Shown in pieces: positions 1 to 42,953 of a DNA stretch of 64,000 bases (position 1 is its first letter; each line of letters begins with the position of its first letter). The notes beneath the pieces are model-generated. The model did no database searches, was not told the origin of the DNA, and worked only from the letters and a program-made list of their open reading frames with translations. The DNA is taken from contig CAVNZM010000001.1 of assembly GCA_963693365.1 (NCBI GenBank), forward strand, positions 4,356,907-4,420,906. The letters run 5' to 3'. Source of the DNA: Amoebidium appalachense (lineage: Eukaryota > Protista > Ichthyosporea). The position numbers and the translations under genes are program-made.

Positions 1-1222
1 ACTGCCCGTGACTGAGGCAGGGGCCCAGAGAGTGTGTGGCTGTGCCACCGAGCTGTTGAATAAAAAAAACCTGTTGAAACGGGATTTTGGAGGGAATCTG
101 ACATACTTGAATCTGTTTCGATCACCGCATAGCCGTGCGCACTGTTCACAATCTCAACCCCCTCCCCCTCCCCCCCCCCACACACACACACAACCACCAA
201 CCTCTGACAGCGTGACTCGAAGGCAGCGGCAAGAAAAGGGAAATGGCATGGCACGTGTGCATGACTCAATATGGCCTTGGCATGGAGGCGCCAGCTGCTA
301 CTATGAGAAATTCAGAAAACTCGTTTTTGTAAAGCTTACATATGCGGGAGCCCGTATACTAGTAGTATGATCGGCCACTACAGCCTTTCGAAATGCTACT
401 ACTATGCTACTACGATAGGAACTATGTGCACCCCGGCCGCACAGCAGTGCTTGGCATAGCCGGATAGACCATCATGCGCATGCATATGCCTGCATAGTAT
501 CTTAGCATATAGCACCGTTATATGCATGCATGCAAATCTTGATCAGTGTCACTCGGACTCGTTCGAATTCTGAGCTGTGACTGTGGTTTACGGTGGCAAA
601 CCGGACCTCAACAGGCAGCCGAGGGCTGAAAGTAGCTACAACGGGGATCTGAGTAGCCGAGATTGACCAGGGCGCCTTTGTGCCCAGTAGTTGGATGCAT
701 ATGTTCGCCATAATAATTCATTCGAGCTATGTGAGCTCGGTCCAGAGTCCCCCACAAAGTTGTGTTCATGTTCGGCCGAGGCCCAGTGTTGCGTGCTGTA
801 GGCGGCATAATAGGCCGAGCTATGGTTTTCAATGGTTGGCGCACTGATTTTCTCAAGCAATCACTCTCGGCGCAACTGAGCAGAAGCAATTTTCGGCATA
901 TTTGATCATTCGACAAATATCATGTATACAAGGGGAGGTCCATTCATTATGGTGCGTACCTGACGAATCGTATTTCGTTACATTAGATGGTGGGCTCTTA
1001 TTGGGTCCCTTATCAGCTTCAACTTCACTCAGTTCCGTTTTTGCTTCACAACAGCCACACAGGAGACACAGGACGGCGTCGGTCAGTGCAAGTAGTAGTT
1101 TGAGGCGAAAACCACGCTTAGAAAGAAAGCAGGCAACCAGCAGTAGCACATACACTGGCTTTATAGTTAAAAGACTCTTCTAATCTAGTTTACACCAGGT
1201 TTATAATAGCAAAGCAGTCAAG

Positions 1223-5795
<4,573 letters not shown>

Positions 5796-6417
5796 GTGTG
5801 TGCCGATGTGCACGACCAAGTTCCTTTGTTTAACCAATACATATTAGATCATAAGGTAAGGCATGAAACAGATATATCGCAAAGAAAGGTTGAGCAATTT
5901 CACCATATGCCCTTAAGCTTCCGTAATTTTTTGACGGTATTTTCTAACAAATCCTCATAGTATGCTTGAAGAGCAAGTGGACGTGTATTTTGAACTACTT
6001 TTAAAGGCGGTTACGGGCATCCATTTGCATTGCTGACACTGTGTGGTGCAGTTATACTCTTAGACGGTGTACGCAGGGGTGTCTCTGTTGCTACATCCAT
6101 CGGCTTAATTGTGTAATTCAGATAATCTCCGTCTGTGACACAGGGATTTTCCCCTTTTTCTTAGTAAACTCGGTTTGGAGTACTAGTATACCTTTTACAT
6201 TGAAAAACGATAAATAATAAATCTGTGCAATACTGTGTTCTTCGCCGATAACTATGCCGTCGAGTGCGGTATTCCCAGGTTAGCAGTTGGACAGCCAACA
6301 CTGCCAGACACATAATACACACCTATGTGACCTTCAGGAATCAATCTTATATCTAGATGGTGGTGCAGGGAGGAGGAGGAGGGGGAGTGCGCGGAGGAGA
6401 AAGAGAGACTCTCGGGG

Positions 6418-6474
<57 letters not shown>

Positions 6475-6659
6475 GGGGGGGGGAGGGGGGGGGAGGGGGG
6501 GGGGTGCACGGGCCTACAGTACCTACAGTAACGTGTCTGTGTGTGGCTAGATTTGCAGAGCAGAGCATGCTAGGATGCGACACGGTGTTCTGGGGGTTGG
6601 CTGCACGTGGGTGGGGGAGGTGTTTTTGCGCGTGTGTGTCTGTGCGGGGGGAGGGGAAA

Positions 6660-6697
<38 letters not shown>

Positions 6698-8106
6698 CTT
6701 TGGGGGCAAAGACAGATGCAAGAAGCAACATAGCTTTGGTAAACGTGAAAGGAATATGTTGTGGCTAGTTCTTTTTGGAAGAAAGCCAGGCCCCTTGAGC
6801 AACATATTAGCAGTGAGGAAAACAACACCGTCACGGTGTGAGACGTAGCCGGACGTAGCCTTGAAACACCTTTAGTTCGCATCCGAGAAAATCCTTAAAG
6901 TTTCGTCATTGCACAGTTGAAAAGGGAGCCTCCACTGGGCCCCCATGGAGTAGGCCAGCTGCGGGGTGATTAACACCGATCGTCGACAAGCTGCCAGCAG
7001 GGAGGGAAAGAAGCACAGCGCCGAATGACTATGATCCTTTTTTCAAAAATATTTACTGTTGCCCTGTTACATCACTCAGTCTGTGAATGCAACACCTTTT
7101 CACATTGTTCTAGTGACTGTATGCAATCGGTTCGTTTTCACCACAGGCTTGTTGCACCTTTTTTTTGGCCCGGGGGGGAGGGGGGCAGGGAGGAGGCCCT
7201 CAAAAGGCGCACCGGTGACCACCATGTGCACCCATCCGAGGGGGGGCACCTCAGCCCCATTCACCGCTACCACCATCCATCCATTCAACGCAAAACTAAA
7301 CTACACTGTAGCTCTGGACTTACTACTACCGGCTCATGCTCGTATCACCCAGCCGATCCGAGGCCACACATAGGAAAGCCACACCTATAACCTGAAGAGT
7401 TTATTCATTGATTGCTTTGCCCGTGGCTTTTACTGAAGCAAAGCTTCTTAATGACACATGGCCATTGGGTGTGCAGGCAAAAACAGCTTGGATGAAAAAC
7501 AGCATCAAGCTGGGAAAAAAAGCTTGCATTTCACCTTGATGGGATAAGGGGCACCATGCTACAGTATTATGCACATGACCTAAAAAAGAGCATATTAGTG
7601 CGTGAAAAAACGTACTGCAAATATATACCGCAACGGTCCCAATAATGATGATGACGGTGTTAATGCTCGTACAGTTTCAACTTCAGCATACAAAATATGG
7701 AAGTGTACCAAGTAGAAAGGAATTACATGTGTTCTAAACTAAAATCTTGAGCTGGTAAACCGGCCGGGAACAACCAACAATACCAGGCAGTTTCTAATCC
7801 ATTCGATAACATATGGCCATTATTAACAGGATACGAGCGGCCAGCACAAAGTCTATTGCCACGCACACCAGTCGAACACGTATTTGTGGAAAGAAGCTCT
7901 ATTTCGAATGCACTTTAGTTCAATAACTTAGTACCATTATACGGCCAAACCCCAGCTATTTGCATGCAGCACCCATACACAGAAGCCTAAACCCCAGTGT
8001 ACACAGGCACAAGCCTAAATAAAAGGAAGCCATTTCCAAAAAAAGTGCACACAACTTCACCCCGGTCAACTCACGTGACAGCAAGCAACCCCCAGCCCAG
8101 CACGCA

Positions 8107-8810
8107 CTAGGCAGGGTGGAACTTGCTGTCCTCCGTCAGGCCGTGCATGGCCTCCTCCCACACGTTCCTCTTCTTGCTCTCTGTGGCTCCCTCCCACGTT
8201 GCCAGTTTGCGGTATGCCTCCATGTTTGCAGGAGACTTCTCACTGTCAGACGAACTGGCGGAGGGGTTGGCTTGGTGGGGCACGGCTGGCTCTAAAAAGA
8301 AAGGGGAGACTGGTGAGACGCAGTTCAAGGAGCCAAAGCAAAATAGTGTGAGGCAGCAACAACCAAGGACACTTGGTACTGTTGTGCAACTGTCGGATGC
8401 AGGATTACGAACACAACGTTTTTTCGATTGCACATGGACAGATGCAGCTGAGAGGAGAGCTGCATCGATATTCTCTTCTTAGACTATGCCCACTATACCC
8501 TTGCCTCACTTCATTACTTCAGTGGGCTCAGTATAAACGCGAGCCGGTGATGAACAAAGCCAGCAACTCAACATGAGGGAATAAAGGTAACAGTTCACAG
8601 AGAAGAGCTTCTTCTCAAAGCAACCGGCGGAAAGTATCGTTAGCTGTGAGCTCAACATGCTAGCATGTTGCTGAGCGTAAACTTACTTTTTGCTTGCTGG
8701 CCCATGCCCGTGCTTGTGTGCTGGCTGCGCAAGACCAACACTGCAGATAGCCACAGCGTGGCGGTGGCCGTGCGCTGAAGACCAGAGCTGTACACGACTG
8801 GCAGCGACAT
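8107..8810 (-). CDS. Small two-exon hypothetical protein (102 aa, or about 67 aa from the internal MGQQ start)
   Basis: Exon 8810-8687 ends at a perfect GTAAGT donor (phase 1). It joins a TTTTTAG acceptor and exon 8291-8107 in frame: MSLPVVYSSG..MGQQAK/KPAVPHQANPSASSSDSEKSPANMEAYRKLATWEGATESKKRNVWEEAMHGLTEDSKFHPA*. No family recognised. Confidence 0.5.
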
Positions 8811-9922
8811 AGTTACGCTCGTGTTGTAAACTTCCTACCAGAAACTCCTACTCTTTTTGCCCCACCTTCTTGTTGTAAGGAACGGCAAACGTGACCAAAC
8901 ACCGACAAAAAATTTGACAAAATGAGATACTAGACGGTTAAGGTTGCGCTTTGTCTTCGCTGGTGATACAAAAAAAAGCTTAACCCTTATGTTAGCTTTG
9001 AGTCTTCGCGATTTGTCACTTCACCTTTTCGTTCATAAACCCTTCTCTGCTTTTGGTGTGTTGACATAAAAAAGCCTTGCGTTTCATATTTATACTTTTG
9101 CACCCAGGCCTCTGCAGTGTGGCGGCTTCTACCGGTTTCCATCAAACGGCGAAAAGACCATTTTAGAGAAGGTTTAATTGGGGTACACAGTCGCTTTGTT
9201 AGTCATTAACAATTTAACTGCTTTTAGAGGAGCTTGTATCATGCACATATTTTGAAGGTGGCTCACTGATGAACCCTGGTTGCACCATCCACTCACGTAA
9301 CAGTTTCGAGTTCAGGGTTGGAAATTAGAGCCGGGGGGTTTTCGTGAGCTTTACAGTCCTTCTGCTTGGCTGCTTACATACTTTGAAGAGAGAGTATGTG
9401 CCTTTATATCTAATACAGATGTCACATGTGATGTTGTAATCAGGTGTGGCACCAGGCCTGACTGTACATTGACCACCACCCAACAAGGAACAGTGTCTAA
9501 GATAGCATTCATGCAGTTGTTACGAAACAACAAGCGAAGGAATTGTACACCCTGGTTATTGTCTGGCCAGACAGGCTGCCTCGCATCAGTCGAGAAAGTT
9601 CAAGTTCTGTCTGTCAGCGAGGTGATGGTGGTGCTTCGAGACTCAGCCACAAGCATTATTTCTTCGTTACTGTACGCCTCTTTTCAGCATGTGTGTCAGA
9701 GTGACATGCTTGTGCACTTCTAAGCCTATTAACAATGTCCCACTTTGGTCGAACCTCTGACATATTGCAGGGCTGCAGCTGCTCGAAGGTGACCACTTTT
9801 CTCTTTCCAGCCCCATGCGAATCAGCTACATCCTTCTTTTGTTGAAATCTGCAACGACCTTGAGTTTTACCTGTATATATGCTGCCCTACATCCTGATCT
9901 CATACAGTATGCTTTGATAACT

Positions 9923-9956
<34 letters not shown>

Positions 9957-10043
9957 CTTACTCACTCACTCACTCACCCACTCACTCACTCTCTCTCTCA
10001 CTCTCTCTCTCTCTCTCTCCCCCCTCTCTCTCCCTCTCCCTCT

Positions 10044-10099
<56 letters not shown>

Positions 10100-10220
10100 C
10101 TCCTTCTCTCTCTCTCGCCTTTTCTCTTTACCTCTCTCACGCGCTCTCTCTGTCTCTCTCTCACTCTCCCTCCCCGCCCCCCTCCCCCCCTCCCCTCCCC
10201 TTCCCTCTCCCCCCCCCCCC

Positions 10221-10251
<31 letters not shown>

Positions 10252-10396
10252 GCTCGCTCTCCCTCTCTCTCGCTCGCTCGCTCTCCCTCTTTCTCTCTCG
10301 CTCTCTTCCTCTCTCCCCCTCCCCCCCCCTCCCCCTCGGTCTCACTCTCCCTCCGCCTCCCTTTCTCGCGCGCACTCTCTTTCTCTCTCTGTCGCC

Positions 10397-10427
<31 letters not shown>

Positions 10428-10478
10428 CCCCCCTGGGGCCTCTCTCCTCTCACTTCTCTCTCCTCTGCTGTTACAATT

Positions 10479-10520
10479 GTGTGAGGAGTAAGGGAGGTAA
10501 ATTTAAGGGCGGGTCTGGCA

Positions 10521-10588
<68 letters not shown>

Positions 10589-10626
10589 AGTAAGGGAGCC
10601 TAATTAAAGGGCGGGTCTGGCAATTT
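10479..10626. repeat. Direct duplication of about 45 bp separated by (GT)n
   Basis: gtgtgaggagtaagggag..taa.ttaagggcgggtctggcaat occurs at about 10479 and 10581. Confidence 0.8.
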
Positions 10627-10758
10627 GTGTGTGTGTGCGTGTGTGTGTTGGTGTGCCCCGGACGGTGTGCTTGCATTAAACTTTGTATATGTTACAGACG
10701 TGAGTGCTACGTCTGCACAGAGGTAGTGGTGTCGCGGTGTGTGTGTGTGTGCTGTGTG

Positions 10759-10793
<35 letters not shown>

Positions 10794-11503
10794 TGTGTGT
10801 GTGCACACGCACTCGATGACTGCGTGTGCGCGTGTGTTTTTGAGTTGAGGGCTGGGAGTGGTGGGATGGTGGTGTTAGTGGTGGTTGGAGGGGGGGATAC
10901 ATGAATCGCGAAATTCAAATGAGAATAGTGCAGTACTGTTATTAAGGGAGTTATCTAGCTTTGTTTAGATGTCTAGTAAAACTACTTTTGGTGTTGTGTA
11001 CAGAACAGCATTGCATCCCCCCCCCTCCCCTTCCTTGTCCTTACCACCACTGCACTGGGAACCTGAATCGTGTATTTATTGCTAAATTAATTTAGTTTGA
11101 AACTTGAACTTGAATGTCAGGGAGTGTGGTATTTTGCAGTCCATTTTCAAGTCAACAAAAGGGGCTGTAAATTCTGATGTGTGTATCTACAAGCCCCGAA
11201 CTGAAACGGGGGGTCGAACCTTATGTCATTGGTTGTGATCGTGTTCTGCAAATGCGTTACAGCTGTCACAGACAGCCTACCAATCTAAACTCGAGGAAAG
11301 AACCTTTAAAAAGGTTAAAATAAGACTACACGTGTGCACATACACATCGTTCTCTTTCCTATCCAAGGTAATTCCTTCCCCTCCCGCCCCCACCTTCCTT
11401 CTTCTGCATGTGGGATGGTTGCATCTGCTGTCTGCAAATTGTCATTCCTGCACCGATTTTTTTGGCGTCTGCCTGTCTTGCTGTCTCCATGATACTACTC
11501 CAA

Positions 11504-32564
<21,061 letters not shown>

Positions 32565-32569
32565 ACGCA

Positions 32570-32900
32570 ACTGTGGTTAGTCAACCAATCAAAACTATTG
32601 GAATTCTTGTGAAGCACTGGTATCCAATCAGTGATTCGTGCATCAACCAGCCCCTGATGTCAGTGTGAGCACAAAACAGGTGCATTATTCAACTAACTAG
32701 TAAAGAAAGTAAACAGAATGGAACTTCCCTATAGTATATAAGCATATATGTTAACCACTTTAGCCAACTTTGGTGAACTGGTGACTTTTCTCAGGTCATT
32801 TTTCAGCATCAAAAGGGTATAGATGTGGAATTTCGAAGGCTGGTAGGCGGCTATTATTTAGGAGATTATAGCGCGCGCTGATTGGCTACGCAATGCCGCC
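32570..32900 (-). promoter_or_regulatory. Candidate AASS proximal promoter with CCAAT boxes
   Basis: Repeat-free, AT-richer stretch directly upstream of the candidate first exons, with CCAAT/ATTGG motifs near 32585, 32624 and 32881. Positional inference only. Confidence 0.3.
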
Positions 32901-33589
32901 AGCTTACAGGGAGTGCTTGAGTTGGGCTGCTAAGTAAATTACCTTATTAAAAAACATATGTACAGCTACTTCTCAGATAAAAGTAGTATGCTAGTTTTTA
33001 ACTTCAAAGGTATTCTAGTTATACTCGGCTCTTGGCTCAGGCAGATTGAACGAAACTGAATTCATGTTGGAACAAGCGAATCATTTCAAACTTGTTCTCC
33101 TATTAGTTATATATCATTTATTTATATAGCCATATCAAAAAGCTTCCGGCGAAAACCAAGGTCATGCATGATATGCATCCGATGATGATATTTCAGCAGC
33201 ATCATGATCGACCCCCTCCCCCCCCCCCCCCCCCCCCCCCCCCTCCCCACCACCACTACCACCACCACCGCCACCATCACCCGCACGCGCTTGTTTCACA
33301 CTTCAACTCGCTCACTTACAAACGAGACTCTCTAGTTGACAAACTACTCAAGTTCCCGTCGAACCTTCCCAGGAAGATGCATGGCCGTTCGATCGGTGCA
33401 CATGATGACAGGCTGGCGCCGGCATCATGGCTACAACATCGTAGAACAACTTCGGCAAAACAAAATGTTGTAAAGAAAAAACAATGATAATATGAAGACA
33501 GTCAGCCAGTATGCACATGTTTGGGATTCTTGATTTTTCCTTTTTTTTTTTTTTTTTTGAAACGCCGGGGAGGGGGGTAATAGCTAAGT

Positions 33590-33626
<37 letters not shown>

Positions 33627-33871
33627 GGGGCACATGGGGGGGGGGGGGGGAGAGGGGGGACCCACCCACCCCCTTGGATAGGTGGGTCCCCCCCCCCCCC
33701 CCCCCTCTTGGGCAGGTGGGTCCCCCCCCCCGGCCTCCCCTTGGACAGGTGGGCCCGGTCCTCCCCTCCCCCCGTCCCCCCCCTCCCCCCTGAACAGAAG
33801 GATTGGTGGGTCGGGTGGGTTTCCCCCTCCCTTTCCCCCCCCCCCCTCCCCTTGGACAGGCGGGTCCGGTG

Positions 33872-33911
<40 letters not shown>

Positions 33912-34030
33912 ACAGGTGGGTCCGGTGGGTCCCCGACAGGTGGGTCCGGTGGGTCCCCCCCCCCCCCCCCCTCCCCCCTCCACCCAGTGGCACCCCTCCG
34001 GTTAGCAGGTGGGTTGTGGGTCCCCCCCCC
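33590..34030. repeat. GC-rich minisatellite of GGACAGGTGGGTCC(GGTGGGTCCC) units separated by C-runs
   Basis: About 7 degenerate copies, e.g. ttggataggtgggtcc (about 33674), ttggacaggtgggccc (about 33741), ttggacaggcgggtccggtgg (about 33852), and gacaggtgggtccggtgggtcccc twice (33911-33958). Confidence 0.75.
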
Positions 34031-34600
34031 CCCCAGAAGGAGCATAGGCTGCCATCATATGACTATTGATACATCGCAGATCGAAAATGTTGGCGAAAGC
34101 CAACGCTTTAGTCACTATATCAGATAATGATATTATGATCATATGTTGTGGTATCCCTTAGCAGCGTTTGGCATATATTTCCAAAACGTAAGAATTGAGG
34201 CTAACTCAAAGAAGTCACTCTTGATCACCTAAAACTCAGGCTATATGCTGTAAATTCATACTCTCACCCTCCCCTCGCCCTCCCCCCCCCCCTCCCCTTC
34301 CCCCTCCCCGCCCCCCCCTCTCGCACTCGTCTAGAGTTGCCCCACCGTGCGCGCACACACGCACATGCCTTTCACACGTATCTAATTTACAAGTACCTGC
34401 ACCCGTATGTACCACACACACAACCGGTACACGAACTTTGACCAGCGATGAGCACCCGACATAAACATGCAGATACACTCACCCACACTACGTACATAAA
34501 CAAACATTCCCCGCCACTGACACAAATAGGCACACGAACACTGCATGGCTAGCACGATAACCTTGCCCCCAATAATTCATAAGTTAGAAAGTTGACCGTC

Positions 34601-34659
<59 letters not shown>

Positions 34660-35058
34660 CGCGCGCGCGCGTACGTGCTTGCACATGTGCACGTGCATTT
34701 TACTTGTGTAAATGAGCAGGGTGAGGGAGGGTGGGGGGAGGAAAGGGGGCAGGAGGTGAGTGCTGTGCAGGCGGGGAGCCGGGGAAAGGGGGGGGGGGGG
34801 GGGGGGTCGTTAGAAAATGATCGGAGGGGGAAGGGGCGGGGGGGGGGAGGGGGAAGGTGAGTGAGGCAGGAGGGACCACGAGGGGGGGGGGGAAGGGGGG
34901 GGGAGGGGGGAGGGGAGGGGGAGAGGCGGTCGTTAGAAGATGTTATTAAGGAACATATAGTACACATTTGCCACGGACAACACAAAGCAAACCTTGCAAA
35001 GAATGCACAATGAGTATGCATGCGGCAGAAGAAGAGCACCAGCCCGAAGGGGTGGGAA

Positions 35059-35159
<101 letters not shown>

Positions 35160-35169
35160 GAAGGGGGAC

Positions 35170-35205
<36 letters not shown>

Positions 35206-35353
35206 TATATGCATTAGTGGCCAAACCGGAAGATTATATTCCTCAAAAAAAAAAAAAAAATTTAGCGAATACTTAGTACAACTTTGGTGGGTAGAAAGAG
35301 ACTCTGGCCATGATCATGCACATGCGTGGTTGGAGAGAAGGTGGGGCCCGGGG

Positions 35354-35400
<47 letters not shown>

Positions 35401-35565
35401 GAGGGGACCCACCACCCCACTCACCCGGGTGGGTCCCTCCCCCCCCCGGGTGGCCACCCACCCCCGCGGCAACCTTTGGGAAGGGGGGGGAGGCACCCAC
35501 CCACCCCCCAGGGGGGAGGGAGGGGGTTGAGGGGGTTCCCACCAGAGCGGACGTCGATATTAACT

Positions 35566-35596
<31 letters not shown>

Positions 35597-36427
35597 CCCC
35601 CCCCCCCCCCCCCCCCCCCCATTTCAAATTCAAAATCACTTTCTGTAAACAAACTCGCTAAGTCTTGCTGGTGGAGCTCGAGGCGCCCAGGCTGTACAAG
35701 TTACATGTGACTTAGTAGTCATATCATATATTTGAAACACACACCGCTCAAAACGTAAGGTAGGCAGTTGGCCAACAATTTTTTTTTCTCAATAACTTGT
35801 ACTGCCCCTATGGGCATTTTCCTTTTACTTAGCCACGGTCCCGGTGTTTGGATGTGCACCAGCCCCCCAGGGGCACCAGGCTTATTACGTATACTCGCAG
35901 TGTGTACGTACATCCATAACAATAGTGCCGGGATGCTCAGCATGTACATACAATGATTAGTAGTATCACAGACACACATTGTGGCGTTCACCTTGCCAAG
36001 GGGCCTTTGGGACCTGTGGAGGGGAGGGGAGGGGGGAAGGAGGGGGGAGGGGGGGGGGGGGGGGGGGAGGGGGGGGGTGCAGGGGGCAGATCTACATCTG
36101 TAGGCCAGATCTGCATAGTCTACTACTAGCTAGTAGGCTATATATCCATGGGGGGGTTTACGCTGTTTACTCGAGGCAAAGAGAGACCAGTCTCAGGTAT
36201 GGGGGTTTTTTGCTCGGAGTATCCCCTCAGCGGTATATCATGATCAAGTACATAAATGTCGGGTGATGATTATATATCAAGGTTTATTTTCTCTACGAGG
36301 CACCATAAAGACTAAGAAAAATCAATTAGTTGGGTTCCCCGTTTATTTTATTTTTTTTTTTTTTTTTTTTTTTTCCGGGCTCCCCTGGGACACACGGTAT
36401 CAGCTGGTGTGTGTGTGTGTGTGTGTA

Positions 36428-36460
<33 letters not shown>

Positions 36461-36462
36461 GC

Positions 36463-36521
<59 letters not shown>

Positions 36522-36590
36522 AGAATTTTGTAATGATGTGTTTCTCAAGCCAATCAATACATCTAATAAACAGGTCATAGTTACGTGTGT

Positions 36591-37700
36591 TTAGTATAAA
36601 ATCAAGGATATTGTAATTTTCAGGTAGGCTATCTTTCTGGGTGTCTGTGTGAATGTGTCGTGTGTGTGTTGCGGTATTATGTGGTCTATCAAACTACGAT
36701 TGGCGATACATGACCGTTTAAACTGGTGTGTGTGTGTGTTGTTTGGGCATGCAAACGATGCCACCTTATACTTATTAGATCTCCACTGTATAGCACGTGT
36801 ACAGTAAAAGCGTGGTAAGTGATCAATAATACCATCAGCTAGAGAAAGACCAATTCTACAGGAAGGTAATATAATGTATTTAGGTGTTACACATTTGCGA
36901 GTGCCATATTTGGCAATATGGTTGAGGCGGTCATTATATATAAAACGAGACATAGGGCTTAGTTTTTCAAGGTGTATGCTTTCATCGGGTCTAGTGTCGT
37001 GTGGTATCTTTTTCCATTTGTTATATTGTGTAATTATTTTGTGATTCTGTACATGTCTAATAAGTAAATGGCAGTCCAAAGTCACACGCACACTTTTGCG
37101 GGGTTTATTTGTATTTGTGCCCGGGGAAGAAGGAGAGGGAGAAAGAAGAAAAGAGGGGAGAGGTGGGGAGGAGACAGGTCGGATAGAGAAGAGAGGGTGG
37201 GAGGGCAAATAATTCTTTAAGCGGCTTATGTGCTTATTGAATTTCAGCGCGAGATGGGATACTCTAACAGCTATTGGGACCAGACCATATATCGAGAACG
37301 TTACAGGCCCAGGTTTACAACAGTTGTTAGATAAAAAGGAGGCAACTTCTACTTCAAGGAAATTTGCCAAGGGTTTAAGCGCCCTAGTTCTCTCTTTCTT
37401 GATCCAAGCGGCGAGAAGGGGTAAACCATATTCACATGCCGGGAAGACAAAAGCGCGAATAAATGTAAGTCTAATAGAAGGATGGAGGGGTAGTTTTTAA
37501 AATATTAGCCGAGAAGAAAGCTAACCGCTTACGAGCCAGCTCCACCCTCTTTTCAACCATATGGGAAAACATAACACCAACAGAATTAACCGGAACACCA
37601 AGATATTTGTATTCTGGAACTACAGGTACAGGTTTAGATGATAATGTAAATGTGTGTAAATTGTTTGCTATATCAGGTTCAAGGACACCACATCTATGGC
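36591..37700 (-). mobile_element. 5'-truncated, frameshifted non-LTR retrotransposon (LINE): C-terminal RT thumb region and downstream part of ORF2
   Basis: Reads RCGVL..PVPVVPEYKYLGVPVN..VEKRVELARKR, then a frameshift near 37495, then SIRLTFIRAFVFPACEYGL..IYGLVPIAVRVSHLALKF, continuing open to 36591. YKYLGV and the P..EYG block are hallmarks of non-LTR RT. The region is intronless and AT-rich, and no YADD core is present. Confidence 0.75.
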
Positions 37701-37760
37701 AGAGAAAGAGGAGCACGTCAACTTTGACCCTCCCCCTCCCCCCTCCCCCCCCCCTCCCCC

Positions 37761-37812
<52 letters not shown>

Positions 37813-38690
37813 AGAAGAAAAAGAATGTGGCAAAAACCACCGCTACGAACACAAGATGCCGTCGGTGCACATGCCTTTCTTCCAAGTAGCTGCCAGGCAC
37901 ACATAGTCCGACTGAGCTGTTTTCATCATTATAGAATGCAAATTCTAGAGACGTGACGTCCAGATCTGAAAGTTTTTTCCAGATGCTGTGCCATACCACA
38001 CATCCTGTTAACAGGGAGGATGCCTAACCCCTTGCATGCGTATTATGCTTGTCACATGTTCGGTTTGTTGAGATATCGTGTATAAATGGAAACCTGACAT
38101 GGTCTGCATTGCGACTGGCCTGGGGGGGGGGGGGGGGGGGGGGGGAGGGGGGGGGGGGGGGAGGGGGGGGGGGGAGAGGGGGGGGAGTGCGGGGCCGGGC
38201 GGGGGGCACAGCTGTGTTTATTGATTGCGACCAACTCAAGTCCGATGAATTACACACATATTAGTGACTCTAAGAAACCGATGTATTGCTGACTATACGC
38301 ATCAGATTCTACGTGTGTGCATTGTGCATACGTGCCTATGTGAGTCATGTTATTGCACTGAGGTGTATGCCAGTGTATGCCTGTGTGTGTACACATGTGC
38401 AGCATGTGTATTTGTGCCGTGATGTACAACTTTCACATTAAGTCCCGTAACAAGTACCGTAACGTCTGAGGGCCGGGCCTCCCATTCGTAGTCTTAACTT
38501 ACTAGTAGGCCACTGGAAATTTCATCATTCATTCATATCTCGTGTGTTGATAGACCATGCACTCATAGCTAATTTTCATTCACCTACTAACTGCAACACG
38601 CACAAGTGTCCTAAACACAACAACACGAGAAGTTCCAAGAGCATTCAAAATGGATCTTGTTAAAAAGGGGGAAATGAAGGCACACACACA

Positions 38691-42791
<4,101 letters not shown>

Positions 42792-42945
42792 TCTACACGT
42801 TCACATGACAAAACTCTTCCTGTCACCTAAGCAAACAGGTTTGGTAGTTAGAAAACGAATAACACTCGATACTAAAAGCTGGCATTTTTATTCCACCTTG
42901 TACAAAGTGCGGATCCGGGCCGCCTGTGGGCCGGATGAGGCCGGA

Positions 42946-42953
42946 TGACGTCA
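42946..42953. promoter_or_regulatory. CRE/ATF-like palindrome TGACGTCA upstream of the carrier gene
   Basis: Perfect TGACGTCA about 155 nt upstream of the ATG at 42791, within a duplicated gccggatga motif. Function is not demonstrated. Confidence 0.25.

Noticed and set aside
1-1155. Possible divergent - strand gene (ORFs 502-711, 608-916, 853-1155; acceptor near 53)
   Set aside because: No recognisable protein and no unambiguous phase-consistent exon chain; it cannot be excluded.
6252-6352. IPEGHIGVYY peptide (- strand) resembling the erlin/SPFH N-terminus
   Set aside because: Similarity ends after about 10 residues, a stop follows and no further SPFH exons were found.
9351-9870. Open frames on the - strand with an acceptor at about 9871 and a single in-frame TGA
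   Set aside because: No homology recognised, and no SECIS or other readthrough evidence.
11192-11225. B-box-like GGTTCGACCC on the - strand (tRNA/SINE)
   Set aside because: No A-box or cloverleaf.
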